From Nemertoderma westbladi (taxonomy: Eukaryota > Animalia > Xenacoelomorpha), in NCBI GenBank assembly GCA_032718475.1, contig JAUCBJ010002261.1:1-50732 (forward strand): a DNA stretch of 50,732 nucleotides, read 5' to 3'. This document shows positions 13,131-25,346 of this stretch, piece by piece. Under the pieces are notes generated by a model. That model worked only from the letters and a program-made list of their open reading frames with translations. It was not told where the DNA came from and ran no database searches. The translations under genes and the position numbers were made by a program. Numbering within the stretch: position 1 is the stretch's first letter; each line of letters starts with the position of its first letter.

Positions 13131-13829
13131 CCAGGTTGTCGACCGGAATTTCTAACTTTCTGTACCCGTTTTTTGGGATCGAGACGTAATCTGCTGTCTT
13201 TACAGCACTCTGTCCAACCTCCCTCTAGCGGGAAGGTTGGCAGGCAATCTTAGGATCGAAACGTAGCTAACTGGCCACTCAGCAGTCTCCTTGGCTACCC
13301 AATCAGGACGCTTCCTGAGACGGTATTTAAGGAGCTGCTGGCCACTTTTCCTCACTTCCAAGTCGACAACCTTTTCCTTGTGCAAACCCCTGCTTCAAAG
13401 TTTAGTGATTTAATTGTCTCCTCTTCTATTTCCTTATTATTCAACGAACTATTATAAATAAACTCAGTTATCGCGTTCACTCAAAATCAACTTTTTCAAC
13501 CTTCACCTTACCCTTCTACCTCTACTTTGGGAGCCGTCACATAGTTGCACTCCCTTCGGCAACTGGGATTCTAAAATCGAAAACTCTCTGCATCTCTCAA
13601 CGCCCAGTTCACCACACTTCGAACCGGATACCTCTCTCAACCACACTAACTATGGAGAACTTCGCCGAGGCTACTCTACGGGGTCGCAAGAAGTCCACAA
13701 AGAAGGCCATCACTTATCAGATCCGCGAGATAACCGCTCTGGATCCTGACACCCCCGAGCTCCAAGGACACCTGGCGCTACACACCGGTCAACTACAGCA
13801 GCGAATCATCTATCATCACACATTCCTTA

Positions 13830-16612
13830 ATGACTAGACAGGGGGCACGGTCCATTTGAACTGGAGGTTGGAACGCTGGACAATTGGCATTGAGTAGGCC
13901 ATTGAGTTGACCCACCGCGACTACATCTTTGTTGAAGGTGTTTTCGATGTCCGGGTAGACAGTAATGTTCTCCTTGTGGGTACTGGAAGGTCCTTCACCA
14001 AGGAAGGTAATATCGTTGGGGCAGAAGAGAGGTGCTGTGGCTGATAGGGCCGAGTGGGCGCCTGAAGAAGTTGGAGTTGTAGTGTCCTGTTCGGGTAAGG
14101 ATGTTGTTTGTGACTGAACTGTAGGTGTCTGTGGCAAGGGAGATGTTGTAGATCTCTCAGGGGTAGAATTCGAATTTGAATTGTTAAAGTGCTCAAGCTC
14201 AGCCGCGATGGATACGCAGTCATGGGTTACTGGTTGTGACATAGTAATTGGTTGGAATTGGACAGTGGGCGATGATTGAATCTGTGTTACTGGCGTTGTT
14301 TGGGAATGTGCTGGTGGAGTTTGCAATTCCAAAGTTGCATGTGCTATGGGCGTCTTCTTTTTGCCCTTGACTACTTTATTGGGTTTAGTGAGGGATGGTA
14401 TTGGGGCAGGTAGGCCTTTGCTCCTCGTACAGGGTCCTGAGGAAATATAACTAGGTGAGCAAGCTGTCTCTGTATGTATTGTATTGTGGCGTGGGGCAGG
14501 GTGTAGTTGGTGTTCTTCAGTGTCAGTGAAGCTATTGATGGGTATGTGGCTATGTATGGTCGAATTGGGATTATCTGAGGAGACTTTAAAAGTGGCGTCC
14601 AAGGGGACAGGTGTAATACGGGATGTTTGGGGTGGAGTGGTGTAGGCTATACTATTACTGGTGCTACTAGAAATGTGTGATGGTTTCAGTGGTGGGCGGG
14701 TGGAGGTAACAGTACACGACATTGGTAGGGATGGGCCCATGCATATGCATGCCGCACTATACACAGTACAGTTACTGCTACAAATACAGGTATTTATTGA
14801 AAAAGATACACAAGTTTTACTATTGATTGGATCAGTTGTTGAAAAAGATACACAAGTTTTACTATTGATTGGATCAGATGTAACAAAATTATGATTGAAT
14901 CGATCCAACCTTTCAAGTCCGATTTGCCCCTCAGTCGTCGTCCCGTGGGAACCCGCCGAGGGAGCGGTGACCGTCCCCCCGGGGGAACCTGCCGAGGAAG
15001 CGGCAGCCGTCGTCCCGAGTGAACCCGCCGAGGAAGCGGTGGTCGTCGTCCCGGTTAAACCCGCCAAGGAAGCCATGGTCATCATCCCGGGTGAACTCGC
15101 CGAGGAAGCAGTGGTCGTCGTCCCGGGTAAACCAGCCGAGGAAGCAGTGGTCGTCGTCCCGGGTAAACCCGCCGAGGAAGCAGTGGTCGTCGTCCCGGGA
15201 AAACCCGCCGAAGAAGCAGTGGTCATCATCCCGGGTGAACCCGCCGATGAAGTAGTGGTCGTCGTCCTGGGTAGACCCGCCGAGGAAGCAGTGGTCATCG
15301 TCCCGGGTGAACCCGACGAGGAAGCGGTGGTCTTCATCCCGGGTGAAACCGCCGAGGAAGCAGTGGTCGTCGTCCCGGGTAAACCCACCGAGGAAGCAGT
15401 GGTCGTCGTCCCGGGGGAACCCGCCGAGGAAACAGTGATGGTCGTTGTCGCAGGTGAACCCGCCGAGGAAGCGGTGGTCGTCCCCCCGGGGGAAGCCGCT
15501 GAGGAAGCGGTGGTCGTCGTCCCGGGGGAACCCGCCGAGGAAGCAGTGAACATCGTCCCGGGTAAAACCGCCGAGGAAGCGATGGCTGTCATCCCGGCGG
15601 AACCCGCCGAGGAAACAGTGATGGTCGTCTTCGCAGGTGAACCCGCCGAGGAAGCGGTGGTCGTCCCCCCGGGGGAACCCGCTGAGGAAGCGGTGGTCGT
15701 TGTCCCGGGGGAACCCGCCGAGGAAGCAATGAACATCGTCCCGGGTAAAACCGCCAAGGAAGCAGTTGTCATCGTCCTGGGTGAACCCGCCGAGGAAACA
15801 GTGGTCATCGTCCCGGGTGAACCCGCCGAGGAAACAGTGGTCATCGTCCCGGGTGAACCCCCGAAGAAGCAGTGGTCGTCGTCCCAGGTGAACCCGCCGA
15901 GGAAACGGTGATGGTCGTCGTCGCGGGTGAACCCACCGAGGAAGCAGTGGTCGTCGTCCTGGGTAGACCCGCCGAGGAAGCAGTGGTCATCGTCCCGGGT
16001 GAACCCGCCGAGGAAGCGGTGGTCGTCGTCCCGGGTGAACCCGCCGAGGAAGCGGTGGTCGTTGTCCCGGGTAAACCCGCCGAGGAAGCAGCAGTCGTCG
16101 TCCAGGGTAAACCCGCTGAAGAAGCAGTGGTCATCGTCCCGGATGAACCCGCCGAGGAAGCAGTGGTCGTCGTCCCGGGTGAACCCGCCGAGGAAGCGGT
16201 GGTCGTTGTCCCGGGGGAACCCGCCGAGGAAGTGGTGGCCGTCGTCCCTGCGGAACCCGCCGAGGAAACAGTGATGGTCGTCGTCGCAGGTGAACCAGCC
16301 AGGTGTGAATCCGCCGAGGAGGCGGTGGTCGTCCCCCCGCGGGAACCCGCCGATGAAACGGTGGTCGTCGTCCCGGGGGAACCCGCCGAGGAAGCGGTGA
16401 ACATCGTCACGGGTGAACCCGCCGAGGAAGCAGTGGTCGTCGTCCCAGGTGAACCCGCCGAGGAAGCGGTGGTCGTCGTCCCGGGTGAACCCACTGAGGA
16501 GGCGGTCGTCGTCATCCTGGGTGAACCCACCAAGGAAGCGGTGATCGATTGAGATGAATTGCCTCGACTGTCGAATTTCGACCCCACTTCTGTAGGCGAG
16601 GTTGAGTCTCAC
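13830..16612 (-). pseudogene. Long Ser/Thr-rich low-complexity ORF, possibly ORF1 or linker of the adjacent LINE
   Basis: 939-aa ORF; same strand as and upstream of the RT; non-repetitive C-terminal half is in frame with the TTTASSAGSPG repeats; frameshift near 15860; two PAM2-like motifs (LSATAPLFCP, LNANCPAFQP). Confidence 0.45.
14930..16545. repeat. GC-rich 36/39-bp degenerate minisatellite (GAACCCGCCGAGGAAGCAGTGGTCGTCGTCCCGGGT)n
   Basis: About 43 units; translates as PAEEAVVVVPGE (+) and TTTASSAGSPGT or DDDHRFLGGFTR (-). Confidence 0.93.
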
Positions 16613-16859
16613 CCTGGACGGGTCGGGGCAGCCGGCTTCGCAGCTTTGTTGGTGTGCGTATCATAGTGCTGTAGTGGACACAGCCGGATCCAAATTGTTA
16701 TTGCAGTATTGGTTAAGCAGTTAAGTGACAAGCAGTACTGCAGTACGCCAGTAGGCAATTAGAAGTTAACAACAGTCTGTACTGTACGAGAGTAACAAAC
16801 AATGTAGTGTTACTGTAAATAATACAATAATTAATTATTAGCCAGAGGGTAATAATAAA

Positions 16860-17650
16860 AAGCACAACGCTCATAGAGCTATATACAGCGCCAGGGGCGG
16901 TGAGTGGTCCTTGAAAGTAATAAGGTGAATATGAATCACCATACTTTGGAATACGTCTCGCGATCGGTTTCTTTAAAGTTCCAACCATACTCTTGAAACG
17001 CAATGTGGCCAGAGGACGTACGGTCAATTCTGCTATATGTATCATTGGTGTTGCGTTGATACATAACCCGGAAAATGCCACAGGATTGCGCCCAAGGAAG
17101 GATGACTTGGGTGTCGACAAAGGGATATGGTATGTCATGGACGATAGGGAAATTGTCTGTCAAATCCCAATATATGGCTGAACCGAGTTTATAAACTGAT
17201 TCGTCCAAGAGGATGTCCAGTACGGGTCGCGGCTAATGCTGCATCTATTTCCATGGCCGGGTGTCAGTTCATGTCATTAACATAAGCCAACGCTTTAACA
17301 AACTGTTGATGTCTCGCACGGCGTTGATAGGCTGTCAAGGCTGGGAAAACGCTGTTGGTGCTGCCACAAGTACGCGTAAAAACGTGCATGGTTCTAGTGA
17401 GGCCACGGATATAAATCAACCGAGTTGAACCGAGCTCATGATCTGGCACTGAGCCTTCATTGTCGTAAATCATAACGCCGTGACTGTGAATAGCATTAAC
17501 TGTATGTAACCATTCAGCATTAGCCACTTCGGTGGTCAGTTCTAATGGCTTCCATAAAGTATCCAACGAACCAGGTTCTCCATGCTCTATTCTTATAGAT
17601 TCATTGCTAGGCATTTCATTAGTATTTGCATTTGGTTTGATATATTTCAA
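16860..17650 (-). pseudogene. Decayed orphan ORF (17264-17650 + 16936-17208 + tail)
   Basis: ATG at 17650 just after a TATATA-rich stretch; sequential protein-like fragments broken by a stop and frameshifts; no family recognised. Confidence 0.4.
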
Positions 17651-17704
17651 ATTATTCTATTTATATATAGTTATATATAAGTTCCAGTGTACGAGGCGAT
17701 TTTA

Positions 17705-18825
17705 ATAAGGTTAATGAGGTTAATAAAAAGACCAACACTAGAAGCAGCATGTTCTAATGAGCTGAGGAGCCGTTGGGCTCCCTCTAATGATTCTGAGAGT
17801 ACTCCTAAGTCATCAGCAAAGTCTAGATCAGTTAGGTACTTGGCAGGATTTCCTCGACTTCTGGAGCCAGTAGGTGGAGTTATCATCACCCCATCATCAT
17901 TATGGTGATCTAAGGACATGCGTAGAACATAGTCAACCACAATAATGAACAATAATGGTGCAAGTGTGTCTCCTTGGAGGACGCCCCATAACACTTCAAA
18001 TGGTTCTGTGTCACCGTCAACAGTAGACACAAATGTTGTCGAACCATCGTATACTGATCTGATTGCTGCAATAATTTCATCAGGAATCCCATATAATGAA
18101 AGTATGCTGAACATACGTGAGCGAGAGACTGAATCAAAGGCCTTGAAGAAGTCAACAAAGATAACAGCCAGATGCCTGTCTTTCTTTTTAGATAACTCTT
18201 CAATTATCCTTCTAAGTGCCAAAATGGGCTCCATGGTCCCACGGCCTTTACGGAACCCATTCTGATTTCCACGGAGCAGTCTCTCAATGGGATCCCTGAT
18301 GCGATTTAATAGAATCCTATTGTATAGCTTTGCAGCAATCGAGATCAATGAGATTCCCCGAAAAGAACCATAGAGTGTTAGGTTGCCCTTCTTGGGAACT
18401 GGCAATAACTTATTTGTTTTCATTTATTGTGGGACTCTTGTTGTTCGGTACATGTCTACTATGATGGGATAGATGAGCTTTAAACACTCAGGTATTTTAA
18501 AGACCTCAGGGGGAACACCATCTACTCCACTGGCACAATTGGTCTTAATGCTCTTTGCAGCAACCTTCACTTCTGCAAAGGAGATATCGCCAATGGGAAT
18601 ATCTGGGAGTACAGACTCAGACACTTTTACTTCTATAAAGTTATCAGGCAATACCCTGTCATTATTGAGGAGCTTTTCAAAGTGGGCTTTCCAACCATTG
18701 AGGCGATCGGCTGGTGATTCAGCCTTAACCTTGGTGGTTGGTTGGCTTTTCCACCCAGTAAGCAGATTGATCGATTTCCATGCCTGGGATGATTGCCTGC
18801 TGTCGTGAATACCATAATTTAAAGT
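17705..18825 (-). mobile_element. RTE-like LINE RT fragment (both ends truncated, internal stop)
   Basis: ASGVDGVPPEV, PKKGNL...FRGISL, QNGFR, FVDFFKAFDSV, GVLQGDTLAP, DFADD. Confidence 0.92.
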
Positions 18826-18834
18826 CCTGGCGAC

Positions 18835-19470
18835 TTATGTGTGGAGATCGGGGACCAGTTTTATACTCCTCCTTGGCGTCGAACGATCTGGCAATATGGG
18901 TAAAGGTATAGTGGCGGTTAGGTACATCATTGTATGGTACAAACGCTTAAGTTCCGCTATTGGGTCGGGGTGGATGCCTTTGGGGCAATGAATTTGCAGA
19001 TTTTGAGCTGCCGCCACGTTCAAATACGTTTCTCTGAGGAAAGTAATTAAATCCTCAAATCTAGCTGCATTGTCGCGAGCTTCCGCATCATTCATTGCCA
19101 TGGTGTCCCGAATCGCATCTTCCTTGTCCATCTGGGCAGTATTTTCTAGCTGCTTTCGTACATGATAGCGCCATATTTCCATATCTTGTCATTCATGCAC
19201 ATCTTCGGAGTATATGAGGTCACTTGGATGTCCGGATATAACGAATGGCTTGTATGATCCATCAATATTGGTGTATCTGTTCATGAAGGCGTGATAATGA
19301 AGTTGTTCCAATATCTCTGCGGGAGACATTAGCGGCTCCGTATACTGTTGTGGTGCTCCGGGCGCCAATAGATCCTCCATCATCTCTTTCATACCTCAGC
19401 TACATTCCTCGGAAAGTCGTTGTCGCTGCATTTCGAGATTGTCTCTTGAATCGTCTTTAGTAGTATCCAT
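18835..19470 (-). pseudogene. Decayed orphan ORF (~210 codons with in-frame stops)
   Basis: MDTTKDDSRDNLEM...EECS*GMKEMMEDLL...EDVHE*QDMEIWRYHVRKQ... appears to read in one frame through two TGA codons. Confidence 0.45.
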
Positions 19471-20061
19471 AATTGTTATAGGAAATGGGTGAATATATTG
19501 ATAACCCAACAGAAGTGAACCAATGAGTGGATATAATTGTTATAGTTATTTGAGTTCATATAGGGCCGGCAGTGGCAAGCGCCCTTTGTCCCCAGCCCGA
19601 CACGGACCCAAGCTGCCCCTGGCCGCATTAGCGCTGCTACGTCTATTCCCTATCTAACATATGTGGAATAACGGGTGGAAGACAAAGCGGCTAACCTGCA
19701 GGTAATGCTCGAGGCCAGTCTCTCCTAGGGCTATTCGTCGGGGTATATCGACTATTGTAGTGCAAGTGAAATTAGTCTGCAATAGGGTTTCGGTTCGCTA
19801 CAGTAAACACACAGAGAATAGCTGTTATTCGTACTAACACGCAAATTAACACAACCAATGCCACAACATGCACACATGTCCGTTACAAAAACCTACTATT
19901 TCCCGAATGTTAATATTTTAAATTTCCATGGATACTTATTAAATAAATTTAAAGGTATTAATTTTAGGAAAAATATACAATAAAACACTAGAAATTTAAT
20001 AAAAGGGTTGCGCGAGCGACACACCAGCGTCCCAATGTATTTAAATTAGCTATTAATTTAT

Positions 20062-20458
20062 CAAGGATCAACATTCGGTAAATATAGCGGTAGAATAGGG
20101 TATGGCCAGGGCCTTCATAAAATAACAGGCCTGGACACAGAGCTGCCCTCAAAAAAATAAGAGGCCAAGTAGGAAGTTTTCAAGAATAAAATCATAAAGG
20201 ATTTACACAAATTGCCAATGGAGTTATGTTCTAGAACAAAAATAATTTAATATTTTATTAAATACTTGTTGTGTGTTGTGAAATTTTGAAATTATGGTTA
20301 GACACTGCAGTGTCAATAACTGTGAAAGTGGGAGTCAGCGGAGTGCATTGAGAACTGTTTTTGCTCCACCAAAAAACGTCGAAAAGAGAAAGTTGTGGCA
20401 AGAGGCACTACGCGAAAATGGTGTAGTGACATTAACTGATAGTATGGGAGTTTGTGAG
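20062..20458 (+). mobile_element. 5' end of a P-element-like DNA transposon with a truncated THAP domain (ATG 20294)
   Basis: Hand translation MVRHCSVNNC...VFAPPKNVEKRKLW...MGVCE fits THAP (C-x4-C...P...W...C-x2-H) but is cut before the last His by the LINE. A CAAGG possible terminus at 20062 is tentative. Confidence 0.72.
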
Positions 20459-22882
20459 TAGTAGTCTTGTGTAGCAACCATCAATTCGTTGTTCAAGTGA
20501 TTTAGTCAGTGTCCAGGTCTCATCCCCGTATAAAAATACACTTTCCACTGTGGCTCGAAAGAACTTAGTCTTCAGGTGCCTGGAGAGATCTGATTTCCAG
20601 ATGGTATCCATTTTTGATAGAGCTACCCAAGCCTTTGCTTTCCTAACTTCTATGTCCTTTTTGCTACTCTCTATCCATGATCCAAGGTACTGGAAGTCAT
20701 CGACCTTCCTTAGTTGATTATTATCAATGGTTGTCAAGTTTCCATCAACATTAAAGGTCACGAATTCGGTCTTGGTAGCATTTATATGCAATCCAACCTC
20801 CTTAGCAGCCCTCTCCACTTTATTTAGTAGAAGCTGTGCATCTGCTAGCGTATTAGAGAGCAGGGCGATGTCATCCGCAAAGTCAGTGTCTGTGACTGTA
20901 GTTGCCGGATATCTACTACTTTTGCGTTCTTGAAGTGTGAATCCCAGATCTTCACCCTTTGTGGCCGTCCTCATTGCGTAATCCAGCACAATTACAAATA
21001 GTAATGGTGCTAATGTGTCACCTTGCAGTACGCCAGCCAGGATTGAGAAAAACTCAGTTTCACCATCTGGTGAGAGTACCTGCGCTTCTGTGTCACAATA
21101 TAGCAATCCAATGCCAGCAACAATTACTTCTGGTATTCCATAAGCTCTTAGGATTTCAAGCATTTTACCTCTATGGATGGAGTCGAATGCCTTCTTGAAG
21201 TCCACAAAAGTCATGACTGCGGGGAGATTCTTTGACTTAATTCCTTCAATCAGTCTCCGTAGTGCAAGTATCTGAGCTATTGTTGATCTACTTGGTCGAA
21301 ATCCGTTTTGGCTCTTACGCAGTAGTTTCTCTATGTGAGGCCTAATCCTATATAGAATCATTTTATTGTATATTTTGGCAGCTACCACAAGCAGACAGAT
21401 CCCACGATAGTTTGTTGGTATGCCGAGGTCTCCTTTCTTGGGGAGAGGCTTTAGTTGACCTTTAGTCCAAATTGGTGGTGGCTTTTCCCCTTTTAACATC
21501 CGGTTGCAAACATTCAATAATGGTCTATTTAGCACTCCGGTTTTCCATACCTCCGCTGGGATTTCATCTAATCCACTCGCTTTATTATTGGACATGCTTT
21601 TAATGCTTCTTTGGAGTTCGGCAGGTGTGAAGTCCCCTGTTTCTATAGGTAGTGTCTTGTCATATATTTTCCTTGTAGGGCTGACCTCGATGTTTGGTGG
21701 CTGCCCAAGCAAGTTGCTGAAGTGATTTTTCCACTTCCCAACACGTTCTTCAGGACTATCGGCTTTGAGGCGCCCTTTGCACAACTTTTCCGACCAGATA
21801 CCTCATTTACAGTTTGCCAGGTAAGTCTTGATTGTTGCTGTATGTGAGCTGTTGTAATTGCTTCAGTTTTATCCTGTATGTACTTTTCCTGGCTGATGTT
21901 GTAGGCCAATTTAAGATCGTCCTTCGCTTTCTCAACCTTGTTAATGTTTTCGGTTGTTGGTTGTTCGGTTTTAACTTTGTAGGCTATCTTAAGATCTTCT
22001 CTCTTACAAGTAACCTCAGAGTTTTGCCATGGCACATACTGTTTTCGTTTAGGTTTCTGGGGGATATGCCTCTTAGCTGATTCCTTGTGGGCTGTTATTA
22101 TATTCTGGTATATTGAATCGGTGGATTGGTCTTCATCCATTGACTGAAGTGCTTCAAAGCGGTTTTGAACTTCTACTGTATAAGCATCCTTTACAGCATT
22201 GTCAGTTCTGAGTTTCTCCCAGTCATAGTTGATATGCTTGCTTGTCCTGGGTTTGCTGGCTCTCAAACTGAGTCTGATCTCTGCAGTCACAATTCTGTGG
22301 TCCGAACCAATTAGGTTGAACGAGCTGTATGCCTCGCAGTTGATCATGCTATTTCTCCACTTTTTGTTTATAAGGATGTAATCCAGTTGTGCTTTGGTTC
22401 CATTAGGGTATTGAAAGGTCCATAGCTTCCCCTTACTCTTTTCGAATGTGTTGTTTGTTGGTATCAATTCACATTCTTCCATTAGGTCTAAGAGTAAGTA
22501 CCCATTTCTGTTAGAACTGGTGTTATAGGTGTAACCCTTGATGTCTTCTGGGCCAATTTGCGCATTCAGGTCACCAGCAATGACTTTAACATTGTGTTTC
22601 GGGATGTCCTTAATAAGTCCAGTCAGTTCTTCATAAAACTTGACTGCTTGTTCTGGCTCTGATGCATTGGTTGGACTGTAGCAACATATAACTGTTGTCT
22701 TGGGATTCCCATCAAATGTTGCGATCATAACCCTGGAATTTATAGATTCGATGTTGTTTAGGGTCTTAAGTGCAAATGGGCTTAGCAGAATTCCTACTCC
22801 ACCAATTGATGCATTGGCCGAGTTTCTTACTGCTGAGCTTGTTACTAACGTCCATCCATTTCCAATGTCATTGTCTATGTAA
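20459..22882 (-). mobile_element. RTE-like LINE ORF (APE endonuclease + RT), one frameshift near 21780, both ends truncated
   Basis: EN motifs GGVGILL, CYSPT, GDLNA, LDYIL, SDH; RT motifs YRGICL, FVDFKKAFDSI, LQGDTLAP, DFADD, YLGS. Confidence 0.95.
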
Positions 22883-25230
22883 GCACAGGATAAAGCTATT
22901 CATGGAGATGTCATTAACCATATCCAGCTGTATGGCACGGCATGTCATGTATACGAAGATAACGCACCATCTCTTAACCATGGTTCGAGCCCTCTAGACT
23001 TCTATTGGTCCAAATAAGTCTACACCCATGTTTGTAAAGGGGGGCTCATAGCAGCTAATGCGTTCCTTAGGTAAGGGAGCTTCTAACTGAGTCATCTGTC
23101 GGCAATACAGTTTCTTACAGGGTAAGCAGCTGCGCAGAACTTTATTTAGGGCTTTCTTGGGTTTTACAAAGTAATACCTAGTGCGTATTCACTAAGTATG
23201 TGTTCCCTTCTGGCGTGCAACAGCTGATTATGCACATCCTGTATTATCTTCTGTTGTATGACAGGATCGTAGATAATAATGGGAAATATCGTGTCGCGAG
23301 AAAGGGGAGCGTTTGTGAGTCTACTTCCCACTCTAATTAGGCCATCGAATATAACACTGGAGACTTCATGCTCCAATAATCTACCTTTTGTGATTTTGTT
23401 TTTATTACAGCGGTAGTACACATAATGCTTCAGTATGGTAACGGCACGGTAAAGTTTGTTCCAGGAACTATAGTGATCCTTGGCCCTGCTAATAAGTGGT
23501 GAAAACTGTCAGTCAAGTCTGGAATGGAAAGGGTGATGAGGGCCTCACTATCTGAGGTGCTCGGTGGGTTCACACTCTCGCGCACATGCAGTGAAGATAT
23601 GTCGATGCTTTTAAATAGCTTCGATTTGGACGCTTTGTTCTTAGATTTAGCGATTTCCACACCCTTCACTTGCTGTCTTATCTCTGCAGGCATTAAGTTT
23701 TTGGGCCAAGTATCTTCGGGGCCTTGCAAAAAGGCAGGTACCTGCAACCAACATTTAGTGTCTATCACTGAGGGGTGGCGCTGCGAGAAGCAATGTCAGC
23801 TGGGTTTAACAATCCAGGGCAGTGTCACCACTGTTTGACGTTGTCAGTGTCCTTTAGGATCCAAGCTACACGGTTCGTCACATACACGCTAAACTGACAT
23901 GTTGTGTTAGTCAGATATTCTAAAACTAACATAGCGTCTGTCCAGTAAACTGTCCTCACTACTGCATAGTCTGTCTGTGCCTACATGTTCTTGGCAATGA
24001 TGGTAGCGTATACGGCTGCCTTAAGTTCGGCTCTGGGTATAGTCAGAGTGTCTTTGGTTTTGGCAATTGGTCTTATAAGGGCTTTCGAAGCAACTAAAGC
24101 TACTGTGATACCATTCACGGTTTTGCATCTAAAGTAAGCTACAATGAAGACGCCCTTGTCGCTTGCATCACCGAATACATGGAGTTCGTAGGTTTGCAGG
24201 GAGTCTACATTTGGGAAATATTCTCTGGGTAGGGAAAACCTTTCCAAGTCTGGCAAGGACCGTTCCTATCGCCACCAGTCTTCCAATAGTGTCCCAGTCA
24301 AGGGGTCGTCCCAACTATCATTCTCCTTCCACATTCGCTGAACGAGATCTCGAACCAGTAAAATAACTGGGCTAATAAATCCCAGAGTGTCAAAGTAAGT
24401 GCTAAGTATGCTGAGGCAAATGCGTGTTGTTCGAGTTTCGCCCTTTCTTAACTTGACTCTGAATACCAGAGTATCGCTTTCTGTTAGTCAACGAAGACCT
24501 AACGTCTTAGTCTCTGGTAGGTGATCCTTGTTTAAGTCACGCTCGGCGGGGGGTATGGCCTTTAAGAACTCGAGGGAATTGCTAGTGATTTTTGTCAGGC
24601 GAAATCCTCCAAGTTTCAGGCAGTTTACTGTCCCCTGAGCAATGTTTATGGCTTCCTTAACTGTCGGGGCTGATTTCAAGTTATCGTCCATGTAAATATC
24701 CCTTTGATATTATCTATGACGGATGGTCGAAATTCATCCTGGTGGTCATCAGCTGATCGATGTAGCACTGAACATGAGTTCGATGAGCTGGAAATTATAC
24801 CGAATGCCTGAATGGTCATGCGATACTCTACTGGATCGGAATTTAGGTCCCCTTCTGTCCACCACAAGAAATGCATGCTTTCCTGGTCAATGTCCAAAGC
24901 TTTCACTTGCTGGAACATACCCTCTATGTATGAAGCGAAGGCGACAGCATATTGTCGCATATGCATTAATATTCCAGGTAGGGACTGCAACAAGTTGGGT
25001 CCGGGCAGTAGTTCCGAGTTAAGGGATTGTCCTTGGTATTTAGCTGAACTGTCGAACACTACTCTAATTCCTCCTGGTTTATGCTCACATTCGACGTAAT
25101 GGTGGGTAAGGTAGTATGTCCGGTCAGTCTTGGGGGTGTCTGGTGGGACCAGTTACGCATATCCCTTGCTTATAAACTTAGTCATTTGCTTCTAATATAA
25201 CTCATGAGCTGTTCAGATGAAACAGATTCA
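22883..25230 (-). mobile_element. BEL/Pao LTR retrotransposon pol remnants (RT, RNase H, start of integrase)
   Basis: FDSSAKYQGQSLNSELLPGPNLL, YMDD, LHVFGDAS, TIPRAEL, DGLIRVGSRL, PPFTNMGVDLFGP; many stops and frameshifts. Confidence 0.92.
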
Positions 25231-25234
25231 TCGA

Positions 25235-25346
25235 TTATTTAATAACGAGACGCTTGCGCATAAATGCATCTTACAGCTGGAAAGGCGGTGAGATGCCTTT
25301 CCAGCTGTAAGATGCGTTTATGCGCAAGCGTCTTGTTATCAAATAA
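25235..25346. repeat. ~52-bp-arm inverted repeat (hairpin) with 8-nt loop
   Basis: ...gacgcttgcgcataaatgcatcttacagctggaaaggc-ggtgagat-gcctttccagctgtaagatgcgtttatgcgcaagcgtc... Confidence 0.9.

Noticed and set aside
13400-13837. LTR + PBS + gag start on the plus strand
   Set aside because: Suggestive (AATAAA, tgggagccgtc, 61-aa ORF) but too short and lacking diagnostic motifs.
19561-19745. HDV-like ribozyme (starts GGCCGGC)
   Set aside because: I could not build the P1/P3/P1.1 pseudoknot on either strand; it may be a DNA transposon end, but no partner was found.
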